Part shown: piece after piece, positions 31,504 through 41,876 of the stretch
Layout: each line of letters opens with the position of its first letter
How positions within the stretch are numbered: the first letter of the stretch is position 1
Origin: Candidatus Latescibacterota bacterium
GTDB lineage: Bacteria > Latescibacterota > UBA2968 > GCA-2709665
DNA: 64,000 bases
Reading direction: 5' to 3'
Assembly: GCA_965205485.1 (NCBI GenBank)
Contig: OZ242180.1
Location: 2,336,001-2,400,000 of the forward strand
Translations under genes and position numbers: made by a program
The notes under the pieces: model-generated
Databases searched by the model: none
The model's input: the letters and a program-made list of their open reading frames with translations, nothing else
Told to the model about the DNA's origin: nothing

Positions 31504-32739
31504 ATGCGCGTTGAAATCGCCCGCCACGCCCTGGACCGCGTCCCCCTCTCGATCATCTTCGATGACTCCACGCTGCTGGTCAACCTGAACTACTTCTTCA
31601 TGCGGGACCGAAATCCCATCGACGGTGAGCGACGCAGGTGGGAGGACGTACCCGTGGTCCACCCCGAGTCCTTTACGCGGGAATTCGCCGAATACTGCCT
31701 TGACGAGGGCGTCAAGGGGAAATTCAGCGTCGTACCCTGCCCGGCGGCGCTTGGGCGGATCGACCACGGACTCCCTCTCTTCAGCAGGGCCCAGCAGGAG
31801 AGCTGGCTGGATATGTGCAGGGAGCTCATCGTTCCCAATTACGACATCACCCCCGAGATGATCACCCATACGTTCGTCGTGGACCTGAAGACGCTCAAGC
31901 CGGTGGACCCCAACCTCTGGGAACAATGGGGATGGAATCAGCTGCCCACCGACAGGGAGGAGCTGGTAACGGACTACATCGCGCTTGCCTGCGAGATTCT
32001 CCAGAACGTGGGTCTGACGCCCGCCGGCGTCACCTCGCCGGGGGGATTCGGCAATCCGCTCGACTTCTACGCGCGGTGCGCCGAAGCCGCGTGCCGCCGG
32101 GTCACCGGCAATCCGACGCCGTATCTGTTCAAACGCGTGTCCAGCGGCGCGGTGGAGACCCCCGTCTGGTATGCGGACCGCGACGCCGGCACCGCCATGG
32201 GCGAAATCATCGCCGGGACGGGCGACTGGACGGGGTCGTGGACGGGATACGGAGAGGTCAACGCCGACAAGTACATCACGGCCGACCTTCAGGGCGGGCG
32301 ACTGCCGGCCCTCATCGACGCGGGAGATCCCGCCGTCCTCATCAGCCACTGGCAGGGCTTCTACGGACTTCACGACGCCGACCGCCGGGGTTTCAACGCC
32401 TTCAAGACCGTCGTCCGCCGGCTGAAGGAACGCGATCCGGCCGGAGAACGCACCAGGTGGCGCAAATGCAGCGAGATTACCACCTACGCCATCATGCGGG
32501 AGATGGCAGAACTCGCCGTAAGGGACAACTCCGTCACGCTGGACCTGCCCGTGCGCATGCCGGAATTGACACTGCGCTTCACGGGCAGGGATATCCATTC
32601 CGTGTCCGTAGACGGAATTCCGCTTGCGCGCGCGCGCACGAGGGCGGCATTCGAAGACCGGACCTTCTACGGTGAGAACGGCACAACCTACGTCGCTCTG
32701 GATCCACAGCGCCGTACGACCACCGTTGTCGTCCGGTAG
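31504..32739 (+). CDS. Hypothetical protein, possible polysaccharide-deacetylase-like barrel
   Basis: Long ORF with IIFDDS, GKFSVVP, EMITHT, GVTSPGGFG, SHWQG. Confidence 0.6.
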   Translation: MRVEIARHALDRVPLSIIFDDSTLLVNLNYFFMRDRNPIDGERRRWEDVPVVHPESFTREFAEYCLDEGVKGKFSVVPCPAALGRIDHGLPLFSRAQQESWLDMCRELIVPNYDITPEMITHTFVVDLKTLKPVDPNLWEQWGWNQLPTDREELVTDYIALACEILQNVGLTPAGVTSPGGFGNPLDFYARCAEAACRRVTGNPTPYLFKRVSSGAVETPVWYADRDAGTAMGEIIAGTGDWTGSWTGYGEVNADKYITADLQGGRLPALIDAGDPAVLISHWQGFYGLHDADRRGFNAFKTVVRRLKERDPAGERTRWRKCSEITTYAIMREMAELAVRDNSVTLDLPVRMPELTLRFTGRDIHSVSVDGIPLARARTRAAFEDRTFYGENGTTYVALDPQRRTTTVVVR

Positions 32740-32755
32740 AACGGGAATCAGCACC

Positions 32756-33214
32756 ATGAAACTTTGCGACGCATTGGCCGGCGACCGTATTGCACTCAAC
32801 CTGACCAGTTCCGATCGGGACGGCGCCATCCGCGAGCTGATCGAAATGATCGGCCGGTCGGTCCGCCTGCCCGACCCCAACGCGCTGCTCGGCCTCATCC
32901 TGGAACAGGAAGCCATCAAGACCAGCGGCGTGGACCAGCACGTGGCGATACCCCACGCCCGGTCGGACGACGTCGAAGGCGTGGTCGCGGCGTTGGGCGT
33001 ATCCGGGGAAGGCATCGATTTTCAGAGCCTGGACGGGCAACCCGTACACCTGATCTTCCTGATTCTTTCCTCCGAAATATCGATGCCGGCGTACATGAGC
33101 GTTCTGAGCCGCACCGCCCGCATTTTCGACCGCGAGGAGATCCGGCGGCAGGTCCTTGCAGCCGCGTCTCCCGATGAAATTATGGAGATCATCCGCGCAC
33201 AGGAGCCTTTTTAA
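32756..33214 (+). CDS. Stand-alone PTS EIIA (PtsN/Fru-type) protein
   Basis: E..KTSGVDQHVAIPHARS phospho-His motif, GIDFQSLDGQPVHLIFL. Confidence 0.9.
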   Translation: MKLCDALAGDRIALNLTSSDRDGAIRELIEMIGRSVRLPDPNALLGLILEQEAIKTSGVDQHVAIPHARSDDVEGVVAALGVSGEGIDFQSLDGQPVHLIFLILSSEISMPAYMSVLSRTARIFDREEIRRQVLAAASPDEIMEIIRAQEPF

Positions 33215-33654
33215 GACAACTTCTAACCTTGATTCGTAAAGTTTTCGTGGACGTTAATTCGAATATGTGCTAGTAAATAAAGGCGATTAGAAGGCGGATT
33301 ACCAGGATACTTTAGGTCACTGGACATGTTCGGGACCTCTCCCCCGGCCCCTCGGATGCGGGTAGACGTGAGACGGTAGACGGCCCTATCAGCTGGGCCT
33401 CATCGCCGGGTGAACACACGGCCACAACAGATGCCTGCGCACGCACCGCTTTTGATCGCGGAGCACGGGAGATTTCCTGCCTTGTGGAGTTTCTTCTCCT
33501 GCCGGAGGCAAGAAGGAAATAGAGTAGCGGGCAAGGGTTTCTTCTACCGTCTTCCCTCTACCCTCTACCCGCATTCAGGCTCTTTGTGGCCAATCTGACT
33601 GTTGTCTTTTTTCAAATTGGGGCTAAGGCCCACCCCTGGCGGAATAACTTCGAC

Positions 33655-33990
33655 ATGCATCTGCTCTTTATCACACTCTACCGCGAGGACCTGCTCGACG
33701 AGGTCCTCTCCGGCCTCGTTGAGATGGAAATCACGGGCGCGACGGTCCTGGATGGAACCCCTATGGAGCGGATCCTCTCCGAGGACGTGCCCATCTTTGC
33801 CGGGTTGCTCCCGTCCGGGTCCGGTCGTTCCAGCGTGATCGTCGCACCCGTGAAGGACCGGTCTCTTCTCGACCCGCTCATCCGGCTCTTCCATGAAACC
33901 GGTGTTGACTTCACGCGGCCCGGCGTCGGGAGACTCTTTCTGTTGCCCGTCGACTTCTGCCTCGGACCGGAGGGCGGAGAACCGCCATGA
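33655..33990 (+). CDS. PII-like small regulatory protein
   Basis: LDEVLSGL.E.EITGATVLD...GVGRLFLLPV pattern; stop overlaps the next start (ATGA). Confidence 0.6.
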   Translation: MHLLFITLYREDLLDEVLSGLVEMEITGATVLDGTPMERILSEDVPIFAGLLPSGSGRSSVIVAPVKDRSLLDPLIRLFHETGVDFTRPGVGRLFLLPVDFCLGPEGGEPP

Positions 33991-35174
33991 AACTGGTCTT
34001 CGCCGCCATCCTGATCGTTGTTATCGCCTTCGTCGGCTCCCGCTTCAGTTTCGTCCATATCCGCCTGCCCCTCGGTGTCAGAAACCTCTTTCTCACCGGT
34101 ATCGAGTACCTCCTGGTCGGCTTTCTTCTCGGCAGCGCCGTGCTCGATCTGCTGGACACGGCGACCCTCGACGGCCTCTATCCGTTTGTGGGCATGGGCC
34201 TCTCGTGGATCGGCATGCTCTTCGGCGTTCAGTGGGAGTTTAGACGGCTGAGTCATATTCCCGGACGGGTCTTCGGCGTTGCGCTTGTCCAGAGCCTGAT
34301 CACCATTGTGGTTGTGGCCGTCCCCTTCCTGCTGCTCTTTCAGAGGCTCTATTCTCACGAAACGGAACTGCTGGTGATCGGCGCCGTCACGCTGGCGGCA
34401 GCGGCGTCGGGCACGGCGTCCAGCGGCCTCTCGCTGTTTTCCCGAAACACGCCGTCTCCGGCGCGGCCCCTCATGCGGCTTCTCACGAACGTCTCGAATA
34501 TGGACGACCTGGTCGGCCTTACCGCGTTCGGTCTCATTTCGTGCCTGGCCGTATTGCACGCCGGCGAGCCCACGTTCTTATGGATCGGCGTCTCGGTGGG
34601 GCTCGGCCTTACCGTCGGTCTACTGATTGTCGCCCTCACCGCGTACCGCCTCAAGGACGACGAAATGCTGCTGGTGGTCATGGGCGCCATAACCTTTTCG
34701 GGCGGGCTTGCGCTGTATCTCAGCCTGTCCCCTCTCCTGGTCAACCTCATCGCGGGCACCGTTGTCGCGAACCTGGCAAGAGGTCGGGCGAGGAGGGGCA
34801 TTCGCAGCGTGCTCCTGAGGGGCGAACACTCCATCTACATCATCTTTCTCATCCTGGTGGGCGCCGGGTGGCGTATCGAATCGGTCTGGCTTCTGGCTCT
34901 CGTGCCCGTCTACGTCCTCGTACGCACCCTTGGCAAGTCCCTTGGCGGCTTCGTTTCGGTACGCCTGTTTCTGCCCGGTTCAGGAACGCTGGGCGGTCTG
35001 GGGCTCGGTCTGCTTTCCCACGGCGGCATGGCGGTGGCCATCGTTGTCAACCTGCACCAGATCCACCGCTCAGAGGTGACGGACGCCGTGATTACCGTCG
35101 TGCTGCTGGGCATCATCGTCAGCGAACTCATCGCTCCGGCCTCGACGCGACGACTGCTTGGTAGAGTACAATGA
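33987..35174 (+). CDS. Cation:proton antiporter (CPA2-like) subunit 1
   Basis: Multiple TM helices, SNMDD, LSLSPLL, RTLGK, GLLSHGGMAVA. Confidence 0.8.
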   Translation: MKLVFAAILIVVIAFVGSRFSFVHIRLPLGVRNLFLTGIEYLLVGFLLGSAVLDLLDTATLDGLYPFVGMGLSWIGMLFGVQWEFRRLSHIPGRVFGVALVQSLITIVVVAVPFLLLFQRLYSHETELLVIGAVTLAAAASGTASSGLSLFSRNTPSPARPLMRLLTNVSNMDDLVGLTAFGLISCLAVLHAGEPTFLWIGVSVGLGLTVGLLIVALTAYRLKDDEMLLVVMGAITFSGGLALYLSLSPLLVNLIAGTVVANLARGRARRGIRSVLLRGEHSIYIIFLILVGAGWRIESVWLLALVPVYVLVRTLGKSLGGFVSVRLFLPGSGTLGGLGLGLLSHGGMAVAIVVNLHQIHRSEVTDAVITVVLLGIIVSELIAPASTRRLLGRVQ

Positions 35175-36484
35175 GGCTGATTATCGTTTTTGTCGCCCTG
35201 AGTCTGCTCATGGCGTGGGCAGGAGCAACACCGCCCGGAGACGCGCCCGGCGCCTACACAACGCTGGTTGTCGGTCTGCTCCTGCTTTCCGGTTACGCGG
35301 CGGGCCACGTCCTCGCCCGGCTGCGCCTCCCGCGGATCACCGGATACCTCTGCGTCGGCATGCTCACGGGACCCTACCTGATGGGCTTCCTGACCGGAGA
35401 AGCCGTGGGTCAACTCGGGTTTCTGAACGAACTGGCCGTGACGTTCATCGCACTGGCGGCGGGCGGCGAGTTGAGGATGGCCGAACTGAGGGAGCGGATG
35501 AGCGTCATCCTGCACTCTATCCTCTCCCAGACCACCATCGTCTTCATCATCGTCACCACATTCGTGTTTCTTGCAGCACCGCTGCTGCCGTTCACCGCAT
35601 CCTTTTCGAATCTCCAACTGCTGACGGTGGGCACGCTCTTCGGCGTGCTCGCCGTGGCGCGGTCGCCTTCCAGCGCCATCGCCATTGTAAACGAGACACG
35701 TGCGACGGGCCCGTTCACCGAAACCGCGCTCGGCGTCACCGTGGCGCTGGACGTCTTCGTGATCGTGCTGTTCGGCGCAGCGATTTCGTTCTGCGAGGTG
35801 GCGATGTCTCCCGCCGCCGCGATGGACCTGGGGTTCATTGCCGGCCTGAGCGTGGAAGTCCTGCTGGGCATCGGTGCGGGTCTGGGCGTGGGGCTGGCGC
35901 TGGGTTTCTATATTGACCGGGTCCGGGCGAACCTTCCGCTGCTGTTGCTGGGTACGGCCCTTCTGGTGACCAGCATCTCGCACGGGTTCGCCACGTATAT
36001 CAAAGAGGCGTACGGCCTCAGTATCCACCTCGAGCCCCTGCTGATCTGCGTTACCGCCGGATTCACCGTGCAGAACGTCTCCCGTCAGGGTTCCCGCTTC
36101 ATAGAAGCGATTGAATCGGTCGGTCTTCCAGTGTACGTTTTGTTCTTTACGCTGGCGGGAGCGGGACTGAACCTGGACGCCCTGATGCAGACGTGGACCG
36201 TCGCGATTCTGCTCGTTGGCGTGAGGGCCGGCGCCATCTGCCTGAGCGCGTACGCCGGGGGGCGCCTTGGCGGCGACCCTCCCCGCTTCAACCGCATCGC
36301 GGGTCTGGCCTATCTCACGCAGGCCGGCGTCAGCCTGGGACTGGCTCTGGAGGTGACACGGCGGTTTCCAGGCTGGGGTGACGCCTTCATGACGGTGATC
36401 GTCGCCGTAATAGCGGTCAATCAGATGATTGGTCCCATCGCGATGAAACAGGCGCTGATACGCGCCGGAGAAACCAGGAAATAA
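35171..36484 (+). CDS. Cation:proton antiporter (CPA2-like) subunit 2
   Basis: LPRITGYL, AGGEL, SPSSAIA, VALDV, FFTLAGA, QAGVSLGL. Confidence 0.85.
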   Translation: MRLIIVFVALSLLMAWAGATPPGDAPGAYTTLVVGLLLLSGYAAGHVLARLRLPRITGYLCVGMLTGPYLMGFLTGEAVGQLGFLNELAVTFIALAAGGELRMAELRERMSVILHSILSQTTIVFIIVTTFVFLAAPLLPFTASFSNLQLLTVGTLFGVLAVARSPSSAIAIVNETRATGPFTETALGVTVALDVFVIVLFGAAISFCEVAMSPAAAMDLGFIAGLSVEVLLGIGAGLGVGLALGFYIDRVRANLPLLLLGTALLVTSISHGFATYIKEAYGLSIHLEPLLICVTAGFTVQNVSRQGSRFIEAIESVGLPVYVLFFTLAGAGLNLDALMQTWTVAILLVGVRAGAICLSAYAGGRLGGDPPRFNRIAGLAYLTQAGVSLGLALEVTRRFPGWGDAFMTVIVAVIAVNQMIGPIAMKQALIRAGETRK

Positions 36485-36718
36485 ACCACCTGAAATGGCA
36501 ATAAACAGTCGTAGACAGGAAATGTAGAGGTTGCGGAAATTAAAAGACCGCATATCTTTCAGGTGTAAGCGTATCATTTTGAGACACTCTTAATAGCGTG
36601 CGGTTAATTGGAATGGCAGCCGGTTCCCCGACCTTTCCAACCCCTGTAGAGAACGCGGGACTCAGGCGGTTCCCGGTTGCAATTCGATCCGTTCGCCAAC
36701 TGAAAGGGGAACTTCCCG

Positions 36719-38275
36719 ATGTCTGCCGCGGGAGCGCCCCCCCAATCACATGATGGCGCGCAGTACCGCCGGCTGTTCGGCCTGGATATCCACCTGACCC
36801 CGGTGTTCGTAATCTCCAGCATTACCATCGTCGCGTTCGTCCTGGGCTCGCTTGTCTTCCGGGAAGCCGCGACCGGGGTATTCAAGGACACCCGCGTCTG
36901 GCTTACCACGAATCTCGACTGGTTCTTTATGATCGCGGCGAACGTCGTCGTGATCTTCTGTCTCTACATCGCCTTATCGCCGCTGGGGCGGGTCCGTCTG
37001 GGAGGCGCGGACGCAAAGCCGGAATACACGAATGCGACCTGGCTTGCGATGCTCTTTGCGGCCGGCGTGGGAATCGGTCTGCTGTTCTTCGGCGTGGCGG
37101 AACCGGTCTACTATCTAAAGAACCCCCCGCTGGGTATCGCCCCGGGAACGGAAGCGGCCGCCATCGCCGGCATTGCCGCCACGACGTTTCACTGGGGACT
37201 GCACGGCTGGGCGATCTACGGCGTCGTCGGTCTGGCGCTGGGGTACTTCGCGTACAACCGCGGACTGCCGCTGACAATCCGATCCGCGTTCCATACCATG
37301 TTTGGCGACCGCATCTGGGGCTGGCCGGGGCACGTCATCGACACCTTCGCGATATTCGCGGGGCTGTTCGGGGTGGCGACGTCCCTCGGGCTGGGGGTCC
37401 AGCAGGTGACGTCCGGCTTCAACTACCTGTTCGACGTCCCGGTCAGCGGCACGACGATGGTGGCCCTGATCGTCGTGATCACCGCCGTCGCCCTGACGTC
37501 GGTGCTGACGGGTATCGACGTGGGCATCAAACGTCTGAGCCAGTTCAACGTGATCCTCGCGCTCCTGTTACTGCTTGCCGTGATCCTGCTCGGCCCCACC
37601 GCCTACGCGCTTCGGAGCATCGTGGCAGGGTTCGGCGAGTATCTGGCCCGGATTGTGCCGCTGAGCAACTGGATGGGACGCGAGGATACCGGATTCGTAC
37701 GCGACTGGACCACGTTCTATTGGGCATGGTGGTTCGCCTGGGCCCCGTTCGTGGGTACGTTCATCGCCCGGATTTCCCGGGGGCGCACGGTCCGCGAGTT
37801 CGTCGTCTTCGTACTCCTGATGCCCACAATCCTGTGCCTGCTGTGGTTTGGCGCGTTCGGCGGCACCGCCTTCCACCAGCACCTCGTGGAGGGATATACC
37901 GGGGTTACCGGCAACGTCGAAGCCTGGAAGCTTGAAATCGCACTGTTCAAAATGCTTGACAGATTGCCCGCTCCCGCGGTGCTCTCGTGTGTCGCGATGT
38001 TGTTGACGATCGTGTTTTTCGTGACGTCGTCGGACTCCGCGTCGCTGATTATCGATACGATTGCGGCAGGCGGCAGGATCGACGCCCCGGTGGCGCAGCG
38101 TGTCTTCTGGTGCACGATCGAGGGACTGGTCGCGATCGCCCTCTTGCTGGGCGGCGGACTTGAGGCGCTTCAGGCCGCTTCGCTCGCCACCGGCTTCCCG
38201 TTCGCCGTCGTTCTACTTGGAATGGCGTTCTGCGTCTGGAAAGGGCTGCGCGCTGAAATACGGGAGTCGACATGA
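36719..38275 (+). CDS. BCCT family (betaine/carnitine/choline) transporter
   Basis: WLAMLFAAGVGIGL, FHWGLHGW, WTTFYWAWWFAWAPFVGTFIARISRGRT, FFVTSSDS. Confidence 0.95.
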   Translation: MSAAGAPPQSHDGAQYRRLFGLDIHLTPVFVISSITIVAFVLGSLVFREAATGVFKDTRVWLTTNLDWFFMIAANVVVIFCLYIALSPLGRVRLGGADAKPEYTNATWLAMLFAAGVGIGLLFFGVAEPVYYLKNPPLGIAPGTEAAAIAGIAATTFHWGLHGWAIYGVVGLALGYFAYNRGLPLTIRSAFHTMFGDRIWGWPGHVIDTFAIFAGLFGVATSLGLGVQQVTSGFNYLFDVPVSGTTMVALIVVITAVALTSVLTGIDVGIKRLSQFNVILALLLLLAVILLGPTAYALRSIVAGFGEYLARIVPLSNWMGREDTGFVRDWTTFYWAWWFAWAPFVGTFIARISRGRTVREFVVFVLLMPTILCLLWFGAFGGTAFHQHLVEGYTGVTGNVEAWKLEIALFKMLDRLPAPAVLSCVAMLLTIVFFVTSSDSASLIIDTIAAGGRIDAPVAQRVFWCTIEGLVAIALLLGGGLEALQAASLATGFPFAVVLLGMAFCVWKGLRAEIREST

Positions 38276-38374
38276 AGTGGAACGCACGTTCACAGGGTCC
38301 GGAACCCAGGGACACGGCCGGGCGGATGTACCGGCTATCCAGCAAGCCTTTATAGCACAAGGCGAGGAGGCGTC

Positions 38375-41300
38375 ATGTGGTTCAGAGGTACGTATCTTTC
38401 GTTACTGGCAGGCGCTGCCATTCTTCTTTCCGCGCACGGGGTCGGAGCGCAGTCGACCGGCGCCGTGACCGGGACCGTCGTCGACGCCGAGACCGGAGAT
38501 CCGCTGGAAGGCGTTAACGTGACCATTGCCGCGCTGAACCTGGTCGAGGAGTCGGACGCGGCAGGACGCTTTACCATCCGGGACGTACCGGCGGGCACAC
38601 ACCAGCTCAGCGTGCAGCTGATCGGCTATACGGGCGAGCCGCGCACGATCACGGTCACCGCCGGCGCGACCCTTACCGTTGCGTTGAGTATGGACCTGTC
38701 GCTGCTATACATGGACGAACTCGTGGTGACCGGCACGGCCTTCAAGGAATCCCCCATCAACCAGACGTACGCGGTTGTGGCGGTCGGACGCGAGGAGATG
38801 GCGGAGCAGGGGTCTCCGCAGGCCGTCGACTTTTTCAAGAATCTCGGCGCGAGCCACGGCGTGATCGGGGAGCGCAGCAGCTGGTACAATTCAGGCCAGG
38901 CCGCCACACTCACCGAAAGCATCGCAAACGTCAACCTCCGGGGCCTGGGGGCGTCGCGCACCCTCGTGCTGATCAACAGCCGGCGACAGACTTACGTCCC
39001 GGCGCGACTGATCGGGGGCCGCTTTGTCGATGTCAACGTGATCCCCTCGATTGCCATCGAAAGGGTGGAAGTGCTCAAGGAAGGGGCTTCCGCCATATAC
39101 GGGTCGGATGCGGTTGGGGGCGTGGCCAACTTCCTCACGCGCCGGAACTTTGAGGGCTTCGAGGTTTCCGCCGCGCACGAGTACTTCCCGGGCGCGGGCG
39201 ATACCAACGCCGGCGCGATATGGGGCGGGAAACTCGGAGAAGCCCACGCGGTCGTCTCCGCCGAATGGAGGGGACGCCAGGCCTTGCCGTCCTGGGAAAG
39301 GGACTATCTGCTGCAGCCATGGCACGGCGGCGGGCAGCGCCTGGGGTGGTCGAGCCTGGGCAATCCCGGCACCTTCGCCATCGGGGCGCCGGCCCCATGG
39401 ACCGCCGCCATTCACGCCCCACGGTGCGAGGAATTCGGCGGCTTCCGGGAGTCCTGGACATGCCGGTTCCGATATCAGCAATATGAGAATCTGATCGAAG
39501 ATATGAGTCATATGCGCGCTTTTGCCGAGATCAACGGGAAGCTGGATAACGGTGCGGAGTATCACGTCGAAGGTCTGTGGGCGCAGGCCACGATTGCCGA
39601 TTGGTACACGACGCCTTCGTATCCGCCGTTTCCCCTCACGGACACGAGTATCATGGAGGTCGCGCCGGACCACCCGGGCCGGGGGGCATTCTGCGAGGAC
39701 TTCGGCGCGGACCCATCCGATCCATACTACGAGGCATGTCAGGGAGGCGAGAACTGGTACTTCAACGGACGTCCGTTCGGAAACTCGGGTCCGGGGCGAA
39801 CGCTGGACCGTGACTCTCGCACGTTGCGGCTGGCGGCTTCCATAAATGGAGACTTCGATGGATTCGGCGATCGGAAGAACCAATTTGACCTGGGTCTGTC
39901 CTATTCCCGGACCGAGGGCAACTACAACCTGCCCGGCGTGTACATCGAAAGGCTTTTCCTCGGCTTCCGGGGCTACGGAGGGCCGCGCTGCGGCGTTGGC
40001 GTGGTGGCGGATCGATCGTCGCTGGCCGGAATGCGCCTCGGCCCCCTGAGCGGTCAGGTGGCAGGGCAGGGTGACTGCCAGTATTACAATCCCTTCGGCA
40101 ATGCCATCGAGTTCACGGACCAATACGGGTCGGCGTACGCAACCCGGGCGAATCCCACCTACCGAGCCGCGCTTGCCAACAGCGAGGCGCTTCGACTCTG
40201 GCTCAACCAGGAAGTGGACATGCACAGTACGGCTGACATGCTGGTCGCCGACGCGACGCTGACCGGGACCTGGGTCGAGGACGTCGCCAGTTACGCGGCG
40301 GGCTACCAGTTCCGGCTTTTCAATGCCAGCGGGGACCCCAACGACGAGGGCGACGTCACCATCAACCCCTGTCCGGTCGTGGGCGACAGGAACTGCTCGG
40401 CGGAGGACCGATTCGGTCCCTATGCGTTCACCAATGTGCATCGCCCTTACGATGAATCCCAAACGGTGCATCGCTTCTTCGCGGAAACGCCTCTGAGCCT
40501 GGGCGAGTCGTTCGACGTACAGCTCGCGGCCAACTACGAGTTCCACGACGTGGCGAGCAGCTTCGATCCCAAGTTCGGGTGGCGCTATCAACTGATGGAA
40601 TCGCCGGACCAGTCCCTGTTCCTGCGCGGTTCTGTTCAGACGACGTTCCGCACGCCGGCGCTGGACGACGTGAATGAGAGCCCGCTCTCGACCCTCGAGT
40701 GGATCAACGAGACGGGCGCGTATCAAACGGTGGACAGAATCGGGAGCAAGGACCTCAAACCCGAACGGGCATTCACCTTTAACGCGGGCCTTGCCCTGGT
40801 CACCGAGACGGGCTTCGAGGCGACACTGGACTACTGGAGTTACGATTTCAGCGACGTGATCGGTTCCATGCCCCACGGCGCCATTACCGCCTTATACGCC
40901 GACGAAGCAAATAAGAACGCCCTGAAGCAATTCATCGTGTGTCCGGACGGAATCGGTACCGGAACCTGCGCGGCCTCGGAACTCGAGCGGGTGCAGGTGG
41001 ATATCGTCAATTGGCCGGGGCTCAAGACCTCGGGAATCGATCTGCATCTGGGTACGCGGGTGCCGCAGGGAGCAGGACTGTTCACAGCAGGCCTCGAAGG
41101 CACCTATACGCTGGCGTACGAGACAAAGGCGCTGATGCTGGGCAACCTGGTGCTGCTGGAGGATGCGGACGCCGCCGGTTACCTGAACTTCGGCAATCCC
41201 ATCGCGACGTCGCTTCCCAAGTTCAAGGGCCGGATTTCGGGGAGCTATTACTGGCAGGATTACAGTCTCGCGACCTATCTGAACTACATCTCGTCTTACG

Positions 41301-41551
41301 AGGACCGCGGGTCGATGGGCTCCGACAATTCGAAGATCAAGAGTATTTTCGGTACCATCGAATCGTATGTAACTTGGGACATGACGTTCCTGTGGAACAT
41401 GCCGAACGGGTTGAACATCGCTCTATCCGGCATGAATCTGCTCGACGCCATGCCTCCTCTCGTGAATATCGAGCAGGCCTACGACGGTTTCACCCACGAT
41501 CCCAAGGGCCGGCGGTTGAAGCTGGCCGTAACCTGGCGTCTCGGGCGATAG
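38375..41551 (+). CDS. TonB-dependent receptor with N-terminal carboxypeptidase-regulatory-like domain
   Basis: Signal peptide, ELVVTG TonB box, NLRGLGASRTLVLIN, IERVEVLKEGASAIYGSDAVGGVANF plug, NLLD...GR C-terminus; Cys-rich loops. Confidence 0.95.
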   Translation: MWFRGTYLSLLAGAAILLSAHGVGAQSTGAVTGTVVDAETGDPLEGVNVTIAALNLVEESDAAGRFTIRDVPAGTHQLSVQLIGYTGEPRTITVTAGATLTVALSMDLSLLYMDELVVTGTAFKESPINQTYAVVAVGREEMAEQGSPQAVDFFKNLGASHGVIGERSSWYNSGQAATLTESIANVNLRGLGASRTLVLINSRRQTYVPARLIGGRFVDVNVIPSIAIERVEVLKEGASAIYGSDAVGGVANFLTRRNFEGFEVSAAHEYFPGAGDTNAGAIWGGKLGEAHAVVSAEWRGRQALPSWERDYLLQPWHGGGQRLGWSSLGNPGTFAIGAPAPWTAAIHAPRCEEFGGFRESWTCRFRYQQYENLIEDMSHMRAFAEINGKLDNGAEYHVEGLWAQATIADWYTTPSYPPFPLTDTSIMEVAPDHPGRGAFCEDFGADPSDPYYEACQGGENWYFNGRPFGNSGPGRTLDRDSRTLRLAASINGDFDGFGDRKNQFDLGLSYSRTEGNYNLPGVYIERLFLGFRGYGGPRCGVGVVADRSSLAGMRLGPLSGQVAGQGDCQYYNPFGNAIEFTDQYGSAYATRANPTYRAALANSEALRLWLNQEVDMHSTADMLVADATLTGTWVEDVASYAAGYQFRLFNASGDPNDEGDVTINPCPVVGDRNCSAEDRFGPYAFTNVHRPYDESQTVHRFFAETPLSLGESFDVQLAANYEFHDVASSFDPKFGWRYQLMESPDQSLFLRGSVQTTFRTPALDDVNESPLSTLEWINETGAYQTVDRIGSKDLKPERAFTFNAGLALVTETGFEATLDYWSYDFSDVIGSMPHGAITALYADEANKNALKQFIVCPDGIGTGTCAASELERVQVDIVNWPGLKTSGIDLHLGTRVPQGAGLFTAGLEGTYTLAYETKALMLGNLVLLEDADAAGYLNFGNPIATSLPKFKGRISGSYYWQDYSLATYLNYISSYEDRGSMGSDNSKIKSIFGTIESYVTWDMTFLWNMPNGLNIALSGMNLLDAMPPLVNIEQAYDGFTHDPKGRRLKLAVTWRLGR

Positions 41552-41780
41552 CTCGAAGCGTGTGTCGGCAGGACGGTGGTGAGGAGTGGGCGTTTTGGAA
41601 GAAGGGTCCGAAGCGAGGCGGGTTTTTGGATTCCAGTTATGCGAATTTTCATGAAAAAATCATCAAAAGCAATATAATCATTGCCATTTTGTCATAACAA
41701 GTTGCTGATATAGTCTCTAACGGAGACGAGCCGGCGCATCCAGGCCGGCAATATTGAACGGACGATTGCAGTACGGCGAG

Positions 41781-41815
41781 AGACCACCCGCGTGAGGGGT
41801 GGTCTTTTTTGTTTT
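41781..41815 (+). terminator. Intrinsic terminator (end of a putative sRNA or of the TBDR transcript)
   Basis: AGACCACCC-7 nt loop-GGGTGGTCT then TTTTTGTTTT. Confidence 0.85.
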
Positions 41816-41876
41816 GGAGTTTGGGGTTGGTCAGGTCGATCAACCGAACGGCCGGGGAGTGGACTCGAAATCTTTA

